The notes: a model not told the origin generated them from the letters alone. 64,000 nt of DNA from Candidatus Cryptobacteroides sp. (GCA_045600405.1 JAZRXV010000142.1:15261-79260), one strand, 5' to 3'. Shown: positions 1-8,510, counted from the stretch's first letter. Numbers and translations: made by a program.

Positions 1-2
1 AG

Positions 3-320
3 GGTGAACAATTCTTCTCATATACATACGTAAGTGATGCTGTTGCGGCTATGCTTTATATCATGATTAATGGAGAGAATGGGACGGCTTACAATGTTTC
101 AAATGAGAAATGTAATGTGCATCTGAAAGATTTTGCTCAGATGTGTGCGGAATGCAATGGTAAGGATGTAGTCTTTGACCTTCCTTCAGAAACTGAGCAA
201 AAGGGTTTCAGTATTGCAATGCAGGCAATTCTTGATAATAGTAAATTGAAGGGCATGGGATTCGTACCAAAGTATGATATGAAGGATGCTGTAAGTAGAA
301 CTGTAGAGATACTCAAATAG
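3..320 (+). CDS. NAD-dependent epimerase/dehydratase (nucleotide-sugar), C-terminal part; 5' end outside window
   Basis: Frame open from base 3: GEQFFSYTYVSDAVAAM...GTAYNVS...LDNSKLKGMGFVPKY, typical extended-SDR C-terminus. Confidence 0.8.
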   Translation, partial: GEQFFSYTYVSDAVAAMLYIMINGENGTAYNVSNEKCNVHLKDFAQMCAECNGKDVVFDLPSETEQKGFSIAMQAILDNSKLKGMGFVPKYDMKDAVSRTVEILK

Positions 321-322
321 TT

Positions 323-1039
323 ATGCAAAACCTCAAGATATTTGTATGTAGTCATAAACCCGTACCAAACATTTTACATGATGAAGTGTATACTCCAATT
401 CATTTGGAAAGGGTCAACTCTAAACATAAAGCAGAAATGACCGATTTCGTTGGTGATGACACTGGTGACAACATAAGTGCAAAGGGCCCACATTACAGCG
501 AGGGAACAGCTATTTACTGGATCTGGAAAAACGAACAAGACTGTAAATATGTTGGATTATCGCAATACAGAAGGCAATTTGATTTTCATTTTACAAATGA
601 GAACATCGAGACGTTTTTTTCAGATGGAACCGATGTGATATTGCCGAAGAAATATTTCCGTCCGAATAATCGTTTTTTTAGTGTTCTTACATATATGCAA
701 ATGGAGGATTTCTTAATCCTTAGAGGTGTTATGAAGAAACTCTGTCCCGAATATCTTCCAACTTTAAATAGTTTCCTTCGAGGATATATTGACTATCCTT
801 TCAATATGGTGATATGTCGCAAGGATCTGTATGACAAATATGCGGAATGGTTATTCTCTATCTGCAACGAGATGGAAAAATATGTAAAGTATTCTGAATA
901 TGTAAATTCAAGTAGATTGTTTGGCTATACAATCGAGCTGTTGACCCCCATATATTTTATTCATAACAGAAAGAAAATAAAGACAATGGATGTCCTGGTA
1001 GGGGGGGTAAAATTACCATGCCATTGCTTCATAAATTAG
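323..1039 (+). CDS. DUF4422-family glycosyltransferase; possibly frameshifted at a G7 tract
   Basis: Motifs KIFVCSHK, DDTGDNIS, YWIWKN, VGLSQYRR; polysaccharide-locus context. Confidence 0.8.
   Translation: MQNLKIFVCSHKPVPNILHDEVYTPIHLERVNSKHKAEMTDFVGDDTGDNISAKGPHYSEGTAIYWIWKNEQDCKYVGLSQYRRQFDFHFTNENIETFFSDGTDVILPKKYFRPNNRFFSVLTYMQMEDFLILRGVMKKLCPEYLPTLNSFLRGYIDYPFNMVICRKDLYDKYAEWLFSICNEMEKYVKYSEYVNSSRLFGYTIELLTPIYFIHNRKKIKTMDVLVGGVKLPCHCFIN
1001..1007 (+). repeat. Poly-G (G7) tract in the DUF4422 gene
   Basis: GGGGGGG in AT-rich DNA; an alternative frame is open from here to TAA at 1159-1161. Confidence 0.7.
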
Positions 1040-1172
1040 CTATGTTTATCTTGCAGAACTCGATATGGAGGTTAAGAAGAAATAAACCATTAAGTATAGA
1101 TTCTTCTTTTTACAGAGGGCGGCTACAGAATGGCGGTATCGAATTAGATTGTAGCTATTAAATTCTTGCAAT

Positions 1173-2081
1173 ATGAAATCAGAAAGTCAGATAATGAGTG
1201 AACTGTCACACAAAACACACTATTTGCGTGAGTTGACAGCAGATGAGTCGAAAGCACTAAAAGGTGCCATCCTTGATATATACAAGGATGTTGCAGCCTT
1301 GTGTGATAAGTACGGACTTACATATATGATGTCTGGTGGCACATGTCTGGGCGCTGTACGCCATCAAGGCTTTATACCTTGGGATGATGATTTGGACATC
1401 ATGATGCCAAGACAGGATTATGATGCGCTTATTGCATTATTGGAGAAAGGTGAACTCGGCCCAAACTATGAATTTACATATCCGAATGCAAAGGGAGATG
1501 CAAATACAGTTTTTCTTAAGGTATTTAGAAAAGGGTCTAAAGATGTTGAGATACACAACGTAAGTACTCCTTTCCCCAAAGGAATCTACCTCGATGTTTT
1601 TGCTCTCGATGCTGTACCTATGTCAAAATTTGCACAGAAGGCAAAGGGCTTCATTGCTAATGCTATTCAATTTATTGGAATAGCCAGACTATACAATCAG
1701 TATAAAAGCAAGGAATTGAAAGAGTATATGTCTATGGATCCTGATTTGGCGAGACGATATCGGCTGAAACAGTTCTTGGGAGCGATAACTTCGTTTGCTT
1801 CTCATGGAACATGGATATATTGGTTCGATCGCTTTGTGGCTTCATCAAAGGAGGGACACCAATGGGGTATCCCAACAGGACGCAAGTACTATTGTGGTGA
1901 AATCTTCGATAAGGAAGTATATGTTCCTGTAACAAAAGGAACCTTCGAAGGCCTTGACGTTAACTTGCCCCACGATACGGATCGATACCTGAAGAACCTC
2001 TACCGCAATTATATGGAATTACCACCTGTAGAAAAGCGGGAGCGACACTTTATTTGTGAATTAGAATTGCCGAGGGAATAG
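1173..2081 (+). CDS. licD: LicD-family phosphotransferase (phosphocholine/polyol-phosphate transfer)
   Basis: GGTCLGAVRHQGFIPWDDDLDI signature; LDVFALD; YLKNLYRNYMELPP. Confidence 0.9.
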   Translation: MKSESQIMSELSHKTHYLRELTADESKALKGAILDIYKDVAALCDKYGLTYMMSGGTCLGAVRHQGFIPWDDDLDIMMPRQDYDALIALLEKGELGPNYEFTYPNAKGDANTVFLKVFRKGSKDVEIHNVSTPFPKGIYLDVFALDAVPMSKFAQKAKGFIANAIQFIGIARLYNQYKSKELKEYMSMDPDLARRYRLKQFLGAITSFASHGTWIYWFDRFVASSKEGHQWGIPTGRKYYCGEIFDKEVYVPVTKGTFEGLDVNLPHDTDRYLKNLYRNYMELPPVEKRERHFICELELPRE

Positions 2082-2247
2082 TTGCTAATTATATGTATGG
2101 TTTGTATTATCTGAAAAATTACACAAAAGTCCATGGCTGACATCATGTCGTTGTACAAGAACGCTGGGTGGATTACGTTATTTGGGTCGACGAAAGCATC
2201 CTAGTGTGAGATTCTTCTCTCAAGTATACACATAATACAATTTCCGA

Positions 2248-3255
2248 ATGAGAAAAGATTATAATATTGCGGTGGTTATTCCCACCATGAATGAAGAAAA
2301 GTTCATTGCTCGTTGCTTGGACTCAGTCATCGCCCAGTCTTATCCATTCGAAGAGATGGATGTGATGGTGGTGGATGGTGGAAGTAAGGATCGAACAAGA
2401 GAGATTGTGGAAGAGTATCACGAAAAATATCCGAATGTCAGGTTATTGAATAATCCTGGCCGGATTCAATCAATCGCATTTAATATTGGTGTTAATAACT
2501 CAGATGCGCCATATATTGTGCGCCTTGATGCTCATGCATTGTATAAGCCATATTACATTGAGGGATGCATAAAAAGACTTATGGGAGATTCCAATAGGGG
2601 TAATGTGGGTGGACAGTGGGATATTCAACCACAAAATGACTCTCTGTGGGCAACGACAAATGCCATTTTGAATTATAGCAGGTTCGGAATTGGAGGTGCG
2701 TCTTATCGTGTTGGTGCGCAGGCTGGGAATGTCGATACAGTACCTTTCGGCTCATTTCCACGCTCTTTGGTGGAAAAAATTGGTGGTATGCGCGAAGATT
2801 TGCCAAGAGGAGAAGATAATGAATACAATTCCCGTATTCATAAGGCTGGGTACGATGTATATTTCGACCCTGAAATCGAATGTATATATTATGCTCGTCC
2901 TACACTTATTGCATCTTGTAAACAAATGTTTGTTAACGGAGAATCGATAGGGCATCTGTTCTATGTGGATAGAGAATCCATCGGCTTGAGACATCTTGTT
3001 CCGCTGTTGTTTGTTCTGGCTGTAATAGTTGGAGGAATCGGATCATTAATCTGCAAGCCGATATTTTATATATGGTTGGCTGGATTAGTGCTATACTTCT
3101 TGTGTGACATAGTTGCATCTGTGATGGCAGCGAAAGAACACGGATGGAAGTTTTTTCTTCCGTTGTTCCTGATGTTCTTCCTGGTGCATATCTCGTATGG
3201 TGTTGGATCAATCAAGGGATTTTTTACTGGAAGAAAATTGAAAAGTAAATTTTGA
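2248..3255 (+). CDS. Glycosyltransferase family 2 (ExoA-like) with C-terminal TM helices
   Basis: VVIPTMNEE, VVDGGSKD, RLDAH, GEDNEYNSRI; hydrophobic C-terminus. Confidence 0.9.
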   Translation: MRKDYNIAVVIPTMNEEKFIARCLDSVIAQSYPFEEMDVMVVDGGSKDRTREIVEEYHEKYPNVRLLNNPGRIQSIAFNIGVNNSDAPYIVRLDAHALYKPYYIEGCIKRLMGDSNRGNVGGQWDIQPQNDSLWATTNAILNYSRFGIGGASYRVGAQAGNVDTVPFGSFPRSLVEKIGGMREDLPRGEDNEYNSRIHKAGYDVYFDPEIECIYYARPTLIASCKQMFVNGESIGHLFYVDRESIGLRHLVPLLFVLAVIVGGIGSLICKPIFYIWLAGLVLYFLCDIVASVMAAKEHGWKFFLPLFLMFFLVHISYGVGSIKGFFTGRKLKSKF

Positions 3256-3257
3256 CA

Positions 3258-4379
3258 ATGTATCAAGAAAATCCAATTTTCCCCCTTTTCCGCCTCTCCC
3301 TCGGCACAGCCCCAGATGCTGGGGACCTCGACCTCTCTGCCCTTACCAAGGCGGACTGGGAGGCGTTGGTGAACCTTTCCTTCGAGCAAGGGGTAGCGGC
3401 ACTGGTGGTTGACGGACTTTCTAAGATTGAGGGGGCGGAGTTTGGTGATGAGGGACTTGAGTTGTTGGATTCTCCGGAGCTGGAGAGTATGAAGTACGAT
3501 CTTTTCGGGGGGATGATGAATGTGGAGACAGACTTTTCCCGCCACAAGGAGGTGATAGCGGAGCTTATGTCATTCTATTGTGATATAGCTGTCAAGCCTA
3601 TGCTGATAAAAGGTTACGGGCTGTCGTTGGATTATCCTGTGCCAGAGCACAGGGCATCGGGCGACATCGATGTGTACCTGTATCACCTCGGGGAGTATGC
3701 TGATCAGATGGTGAAGCGCAAATTGGGCATTGAGGTGAAACAGAATGAGGATAAGCACAGCGTGTTCGAGTTTGAGGGGATCACGGTGGAAAATCATGCG
3801 ACTTTTACGAATGTGGTGGAATATCCGTTCCATCGGCAATTGGAGGATTTCCTTCAGGCGGAGGCGGAGAAGGCGTGCCCTACGGAGATGGGTGGCGCTA
3901 CGATGTATCTGCCTCCGGCAATGTTCAATGCAGTGTTCCTGCCTTGCCACATAGCCGGTCATTTTGTGTATGGAGGGATGTCGCTCAAGCAGATAGTGGA
4001 TTGGGCGGTGTTCGTGGGCAAGCATCATAGTCAGATTGATTGGACGCGGGTGTTTGAACTGGCAAGTGGTGCTGGCTTCCTGCCGCTGCTTAAGGCATTG
4101 AATGGGATCGTGGTCCGGCATCTTGGTGTGGGGAAGGAGTGTGTGCCTGATGATTTCGGACCGGAAAGGGTTATGGACAGGGTGCTGGAGGAGTTGTTTG
4201 CTCCTGCTGCTGTCAGACATTCGGAGTCGTATTTCGCGAAGGCTTGCAGGTTCTTTGGTGCCAAGTGGAGGTTTTCCCTTGTGTTCCGGGACAATTATTA
4301 TATGACGTTTTTCAAACGTGGTTGGGCTTCGTTTCGTGGCCGCCATTTGAAGAACTCTAGAAATGTGTGGGCAAATTAA
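3258..4379 (+). CDS. Uncharacterised nucleotidyltransferase (NTP_transf_5-like)
   Basis: IKGYGLSLDYPVPEHRASGDIDVY and VENH motifs; ATG at 3258. Confidence 0.8.
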   Translation: MYQENPIFPLFRLSLGTAPDAGDLDLSALTKADWEALVNLSFEQGVAALVVDGLSKIEGAEFGDEGLELLDSPELESMKYDLFGGMMNVETDFSRHKEVIAELMSFYCDIAVKPMLIKGYGLSLDYPVPEHRASGDIDVYLYHLGEYADQMVKRKLGIEVKQNEDKHSVFEFEGITVENHATFTNVVEYPFHRQLEDFLQAEAEKACPTEMGGATMYLPPAMFNAVFLPCHIAGHFVYGGMSLKQIVDWAVFVGKHHSQIDWTRVFELASGAGFLPLLKALNGIVVRHLGVGKECVPDDFGPERVMDRVLEELFAPAAVRHSESYFAKACRFFGAKWRFSLVFRDNYYMTFFKRGWASFRGRHLKNSRNVWAN

Positions 4380-4390
4380 GGAATTGTTGC

Positions 4391-4398
4391 TAATTTTG
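4391..4398 (+). promoter_or_regulatory. Bacteroidetes -7 promoter element (TAATTTTG) for the YjbH-like gene
   Basis: Matches TAnnTTTG, 4 nt before the apparent start at 4403. Confidence 0.5.
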
Positions 4399-4402
4399 TC
4401 TC

Positions 4403-5221
4403 ATCAAACGCTTACCCTTCATATTGCTTTTGACTCTCGTGTCTTTGTCCGCAAATGCTCAGTTTACGGACAATACTACCGGTTTGCTCAATTGCCCTTC
4501 GGCAGAGATGGATGAGTCAGGGACGTTCACGATAACGAACAATTTCCTGAATAAGGAACTTCTTTCCAAAAAAACATCTCCCGGTTCCTATGGCGGATGG
4601 AACTACAATACCTTCGGTTACGGATTAGGCATCACGTTCTGGTCGCGTCTGGAGATTATCTATAGTTGCACGATTTTCAATAACAAGTGGAGTCCGACCT
4701 ACGACCAGATGGACTATAGGGCACGGATTCTGCTAAATCAGGACCGCCACTTTTCCGCAAAGGGTCTGCTGCTCAAGGAAGGCGACTTCGGTAAGAGTTG
4801 GGTTCCTGCCTTAGCGGTTGGAGTGAGCGATCCGGTAACAGGTTCCGGCGGAGGCGAGTACATTGGGTCTGACGTGTCTGGTTCTGCTGGTAACGGCTAT
4901 TTCAACCGCATGTATATTGTTGCCACAAAGCATTTCTCCTCTTCCTGGGGCGAACTTGGCGCATCTCTGGGTTACCAGTACAACCTCCGTCAGAATCCCC
5001 ATTACAACGCCCCCTGTGCTGCGGTGACATGGCGCCCAGTTTGGCTCAGTAACCGCTGGGTTGATCCTAAGTTTATCTTCGAATATGATGCCCGCACCCC
5101 TAACATTGGCTTCATTGCCGACATCTGGGATGACCGCTTCGAAGCCATGTTCTGCCTCCAGAACTTCCAGTGGGTATCGTTTGGGTTGCGCTTCAAGTTG
5201 AGGCTCAAGGGCGCGGAATAA
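4403..5221 (+). CDS. YjbH-like outer-membrane protein (polysaccharide-locus associated); apparent start codon is ATC
   Basis: Signal peptide (I/M)KRLPFILLLTLVSLSANA-Q; TGLLNCPSAEM, NQDRHFS, PALAVGVSDP, beta-barrel-like C-terminus FGLRFKL. Confidence 0.7.
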   Translation: MKRLPFILLLTLVSLSANAQFTDNTTGLLNCPSAEMDESGTFTITNNFLNKELLSKKTSPGSYGGWNYNTFGYGLGITFWSRLEIIYSCTIFNNKWSPTYDQMDYRARILLNQDRHFSAKGLLLKEGDFGKSWVPALAVGVSDPVTGSGGGEYIGSDVSGSAGNGYFNRMYIVATKHFSSSWGELGASLGYQYNLRQNPHYNAPCAAVTWRPVWLSNRWVDPKFIFEYDARTPNIGFIADIWDDRFEAMFCLQNFQWVSFGLRFKLRLKGAE

Positions 5222-5235
5222 AATATTATATCATT

Positions 5236-6522
5236 ATGAGTACTGATCTCAAAAGAAGGAATATCCCTTTCTCGCCTCCGGATATGAGTGAGGCTGAGGT
5301 GAATGAGGTGCGCGATGCTATCCTGAGCGGATGGATTACCACCGGTCCGCGAACCAAAGAACTTGAGAAGAAGATTTCGGATTATGTGGGTACGAACAAG
5401 ACTGTCTGTTTGAATTCGGCTACTGCAGCTATGGAGATGGCACTTCATCTGTTGGGCATCGGCCCAGGTGATGAGGTTATCGTGCCTGCATATACTTATA
5501 CGGCCACAGCTTCGGTGGTGGTGCACGTGGGGGCGACTCCGGTGTTTGTGGATATTCAGGACCCTGCGAAGAATTCGGGCAGTGTGGAGATGGATTACGA
5601 CAAGTTTGCGGATGCCATCACGGAGCGCACGAAGGTGGTTGTTCCGGTGGATCTGGCGGGTATTGTGGCGGACCTGGATAGGGTGTATGCCATCGTGGAG
5701 GCGAAGAAGAGCCTCTTCCGCCCGAAAAATGAGATTCAGAAGCGTTTCGGGCGCATTATCATTTCGTCGGATTGTGCACATTCGTTCGGGGCTCAGCGCA
5801 AGGGGCGGATGGCGGGCTCGATTGCCGATTTCTCGTCTTTCAGCTTCCACGCTGTGAAGAATTTCACGACTGCCGAAGGCGGTGCGCTCACTTGGAACCT
5901 TCCGTTTGGGGGCGAGCCTGTGGTGATGGATGCGGATACAACCGTTCCTGCCGTTGCGGGCGAGACTTGGGATGAGTATCTATACCGTCTGTCGCAGCTC
6001 TATTCGCTCCACGGCCAGAACAAGGATGCGCTTGCCAAGACTAAGCTTGGTGCCTGGGAGTATGATATCATCGGCCCTTGGTACAAGTGCAATATGACAG
6101 ATATTATGGCCGGCATGGGACTGGCTCAGTTCGAGAGGTACCCGGCACTGCTTGCCCGCCGGCGTGAGATTATCGGTAAGTACGATGCGGCTCTGAAGCC
6201 TCTTGGCATCCTTCCGCTGGAGCATTATGGACCGGATTGGGCAGGATGCGGTCATCTGTACATCTGCCGCATCCCTGGATTCAGCCGTGAGCAGACGAAT
6301 GATGTGATTACAGCTATGGCGGAGCGCGGGGTGGCGTGCAATGTGCACTACAAGCCTCTGCCGATGATGACCGCCTACAAGGCTTTGGGTGTTGATATTG
6401 CCGACTATCAGAATGCCTATAAGTTCTTCGAGAACGAAATAACATTGCCTTTGCACACCCGCTTGAGCGATGAGGATGTGTTGTATGTGATTGAGAGTTT
6501 AGTGGAGGCGCTGAAGGGCTGA
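5236..6522 (+). CDS. DegT/DnrJ/EryC1/StrS sugar aminotransferase
   Basis: IPFSPPD, SGWITTGP, DCAHSFG, SFHAVKNFTTAEGG (PLP Lys); start moved to ATG 5236. Confidence 0.92.
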   Translation: MSTDLKRRNIPFSPPDMSEAEVNEVRDAILSGWITTGPRTKELEKKISDYVGTNKTVCLNSATAAMEMALHLLGIGPGDEVIVPAYTYTATASVVVHVGATPVFVDIQDPAKNSGSVEMDYDKFADAITERTKVVVPVDLAGIVADLDRVYAIVEAKKSLFRPKNEIQKRFGRIIISSDCAHSFGAQRKGRMAGSIADFSSFSFHAVKNFTTAEGGALTWNLPFGGEPVVMDADTTVPAVAGETWDEYLYRLSQLYSLHGQNKDALAKTKLGAWEYDIIGPWYKCNMTDIMAGMGLAQFERYPALLARRREIIGKYDAALKPLGILPLEHYGPDWAGCGHLYICRIPGFSREQTNDVITAMAERGVACNVHYKPLPMMTAYKALGVDIADYQNAYKFFENEITLPLHTRLSDEDVLYVIESLVEALKG

Positions 6523-7115
6523 TGAAGAGGTTGTTTGATATTGTGGCATCGGGTTGCGGGCTCATCGTGCTGAGTCCCGTTTTTATGATTCTGGCAATTT
6601 GGATCAAGTTGGATTCCCCCGGGCCGGTGTTCTACCGCCAGGTGCGTGTTGGCCGTGGGAACAAGGATTTCCGCATATTCAAGTTCCGCTCGATGCGAGT
6701 TGGCTCCGACAAGGGATCGTTGGTGACTATAGGCGGCCACGACCCTCGCATCACGCGCTCCGGCTATTTTATCCGCAAATTCAAGCTGGACGAGTTTCCC
6801 CAGCTGATTAATGTGTTCGTGGGCGATATGTCGCTCGTTGGCCCCCGTCCCGAGGTGCGTCACTATGTGGATTACTGGACCCCCGAGCAGATGCATGTGT
6901 TGGATGTCCGTCCCGGCATCACCGACCCTGCCTCGATAAAGTTCAGGAATGAGAACGAGTTGATGGAGGCCGCCTCCGACCCCGAGAAATACTACATTGA
7001 GTTCATAATGCAGGAGAAAATAAAACTCTACCTGGAGTATGTGCTGAATCACTCCTTCTTTGGGGATATTGGGCTGATATTCAAGACCTTCTGGGTGATA
7101 GTGAACGAGAGATAG
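6522..7115 (+). CDS. Undecaprenyl-phosphate sugar-phosphate (priming) transferase, Bac_transf/PglC-like
   Basis: KRLFDI, KFRSM, KLDEFPQLINV, GDMSLVGPRP, RPGIT. Confidence 0.92.
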   Translation: MKRLFDIVASGCGLIVLSPVFMILAIWIKLDSPGPVFYRQVRVGRGNKDFRIFKFRSMRVGSDKGSLVTIGGHDPRITRSGYFIRKFKLDEFPQLINVFVGDMSLVGPRPEVRHYVDYWTPEQMHVLDVRPGITDPASIKFRNENELMEAASDPEKYYIEFIMQEKIKLYLEYVLNHSFFGDIGLIFKTFWVIVNER

Positions 7116-7248
7116 TTGGCGCTTTATGCAAATGACTGGCGTATTTCATCCCCAGTATAGCATGCATTCTGCCGGGCTGGCTCAGTACATATATATTGCG
7201 GTTAAGCATGGTTGAATAAATGCAGAAGATGAATGTTATTCAGTATTC

Positions 7249-7308
7249 GGCGTTACCGATGACGATGTCACATACATCATAGAAACCATCAAAAAAGCTA
7301 TAGCATAA
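7249..7308 (+). pseudogene. Relic C-terminus of a second DegT-type aminotransferase
   Basis: GVTDDDVTYIIETIKKAIA* resembles the end of the 5236-6522 protein (LSDEDVLYVIESLVEALKG*); in-frame stop at 7213 and no ATG upstream. Confidence 0.45.
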
Positions 7309-7313
7309 TTACT

Positions 7314-7454
7314 ATGGACAAGAAAGAACAGGAAAATACTCAGGTCAAGACTTGGATCTGTTCAGTGTGCGGCTATGAGCATGTCGGCACCGAGCCGCCG
7401 AAGAAATGCCCCAAGTGCGGGGTTGAGGCGATTTATTTCGACTCGGCTGACTAG
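7314..7454 (+). CDS. 46-aa stand-alone rubredoxin-like protein (short-spaced CxxC-x12-CxxC)
   Basis: Manual translation MDKKEQENTQVKTWICSVCGYEHVGTEPPKKCPKCGVEAIYFDSAD*; below the ORF-track cutoff. Confidence 0.8.
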   Translation: MDKKEQENTQVKTWICSVCGYEHVGTEPPKKCPKCGVEAIYFDSAD

Positions 7455-7467
7455 GTCATGGTGCGTG

Positions 7468-7556
7468 AGATTGCGGGTCGTTGCCCGCAATGACGCCTCC
7501 TACGTTGCCCGCAACGATGCTTCTTTAGGTACCTGCAATGACGTCTCTTTCGGTAC
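7468..7556. repeat. REP-like palindrome plus 3 tandem 24-bp units (array 1)
   Basis: AGATTGCGGGTCGTTGCCCGCAATGAC hairpin; units at 7480-7503, 7504-7527, 7528-7551. Confidence 0.9.
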
Positions 7557-7567
7557 GAAGTTCATGT

Positions 7568-7597
7568 TGTAATAGTAAAATATTACATATAACTTTG
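7568..7597 (+). promoter_or_regulatory. Promoter (-7 TAACTTTG) with a 7-6-7 palindromic operator candidate for the HTH gene
   Basis: TGTAATA-gtaaaa-TATTACA at 7568-7587; TAACTTTG at 7590-7597; ATG 4 nt later. Confidence 0.6.
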
Positions 7598-7601
7598 GGG
7601 T

Positions 7602-8366
7602 ATGAATTCGATTTATTTTGAAGAAAAAGGAGAGGCGCTCCTGGAGAAGATTGGGATGCCGAAGGCGGAGTTTGCCCGTAGGATGGGCATTCAGCGGCAG
7701 AATGTGAGGGTGCTATTCAAGAGCAAGGACCTCAGGGTGATCCGGCGGGCCGCGGATGTGATGGGGGTGCCGTGGATATTTCTGGTGGGCTATGCGGAAG
7801 AGCAGGATATATATCAGCTCCCGATTCCTTCTTACGAGGAGTATCTGGATTTTGCGAGGAAGTATCCGGACGAATTTGATGTTCAGGGGGATGATACCTG
7901 CGACGAGTCTTTTGAAATCGAGCCTGAGGACATTCCGACAGGAGACAGTGTTGAGGATAGGAGGGTAAGGCAGAAGATTATCTTCAGATTCTATAGGCAC
8001 TGGCGTGAAGTTCATCCGGAAATGAGGATGTTCAATGATAGCCTTGGAGACTGGATCTATGTGAGACATATATCCGTTGACGAGACAGCGGGACACGCTT
8101 CTTTGACTTATCTCTCAACGCTGGCTGTATTACAACTGGATACTATTTTGAGAGATGCTGTATATGTGGGAGAGAAGGCGGCAAGGAGTGAAACCAAGAA
8201 TCAGAGGTTGTTTACAAAGATGATTCAACTTAGACATACACTTCCCGGGATTGGCCGTGTAAGATTGATGGTAGGCGTGAAAAAGCAGGATGATACCAAA
8301 GTGCAATACTGTATCACTTCAATTGATGCTATGTTGATGGCAAAAAACAAGGCAGCCTCGAATTGA
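7602..8366 (+). CDS. XRE-type HTH fused to a putative BECR-fold (LPD3/PBECR-like) domain
   Basis: N-terminal GMPKAEFARRMGIQRQNV HTH; acidic linker; C-terminal alpha/beta domain ETAGHAS...LAVLQLDTILRDA...VRLMVGV...QYCIT; fold assigned by resemblance only. Confidence 0.55.
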   Translation: MNSIYFEEKGEALLEKIGMPKAEFARRMGIQRQNVRVLFKSKDLRVIRRAADVMGVPWIFLVGYAEEQDIYQLPIPSYEEYLDFARKYPDEFDVQGDDTCDESFEIEPEDIPTGDSVEDRRVRQKIIFRFYRHWREVHPEMRMFNDSLGDWIYVRHISVDETAGHASLTYLSTLAVLQLDTILRDAVYVGEKAARSETKNQRLFTKMIQLRHTLPGIGRVRLMVGVKKQDDTKVQYCITSIDAMLMAKNKAASN

Positions 8367-8374
8367 GACCGCCT
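8342..8374 (-). terminator. Intrinsic terminator overlapping the last codons of the 7602-8366 gene
   Basis: Minus strand AGGCGGUCUC-aauuc-GAGGCUGCCU followed by UGUUUUUU. Confidence 0.7.
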
Positions 8375-8470
8375 GTAGATTTGCCCACGTGAGCGGAACT
8401 GCTTCAGGAGCCAGGGCAACGTGTGCGGGACTTCGCGCTTTCATCGTAAGCCCATCCACTCTCACGATTT
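8342..8470 (-). ncRNA. Candidate ~130-nt structured small RNA convergent with the HTH-BECR gene
   Basis: Minus-strand TATCTTTG at 8475-8482; terminator at 8342-8374; internal helices whose A-C mismatches on + become G-U pairs on -. Confidence 0.55.
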
Positions 8471-8474
8471 GTTG

Positions 8475-8482
8475 CAAAGATA
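8475..8482 (-). promoter_or_regulatory. Bacteroidetes -7 element TATCTTTG with no plausible protein gene downstream
   Basis: caaagata on the + strand. Confidence 0.6.
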
Positions 8483-8510
8483 GTAATTTTTTGAAATAAC
8501 ATTACGTGTT

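Noticed and set aside
7375-7572. 65-aa ORF in the track
   Set aside because: It overlaps the mini-rubredoxin out of frame and stays open only because the repeat period is a multiple of 3.
8342-8470. Self-cleaving ribozyme (hammerhead, twister or HDV) reading of the candidate RNA
   Set aside because: No complete CUGAnGA...GAAA core or other ribozyme consensus could be identified by eye.
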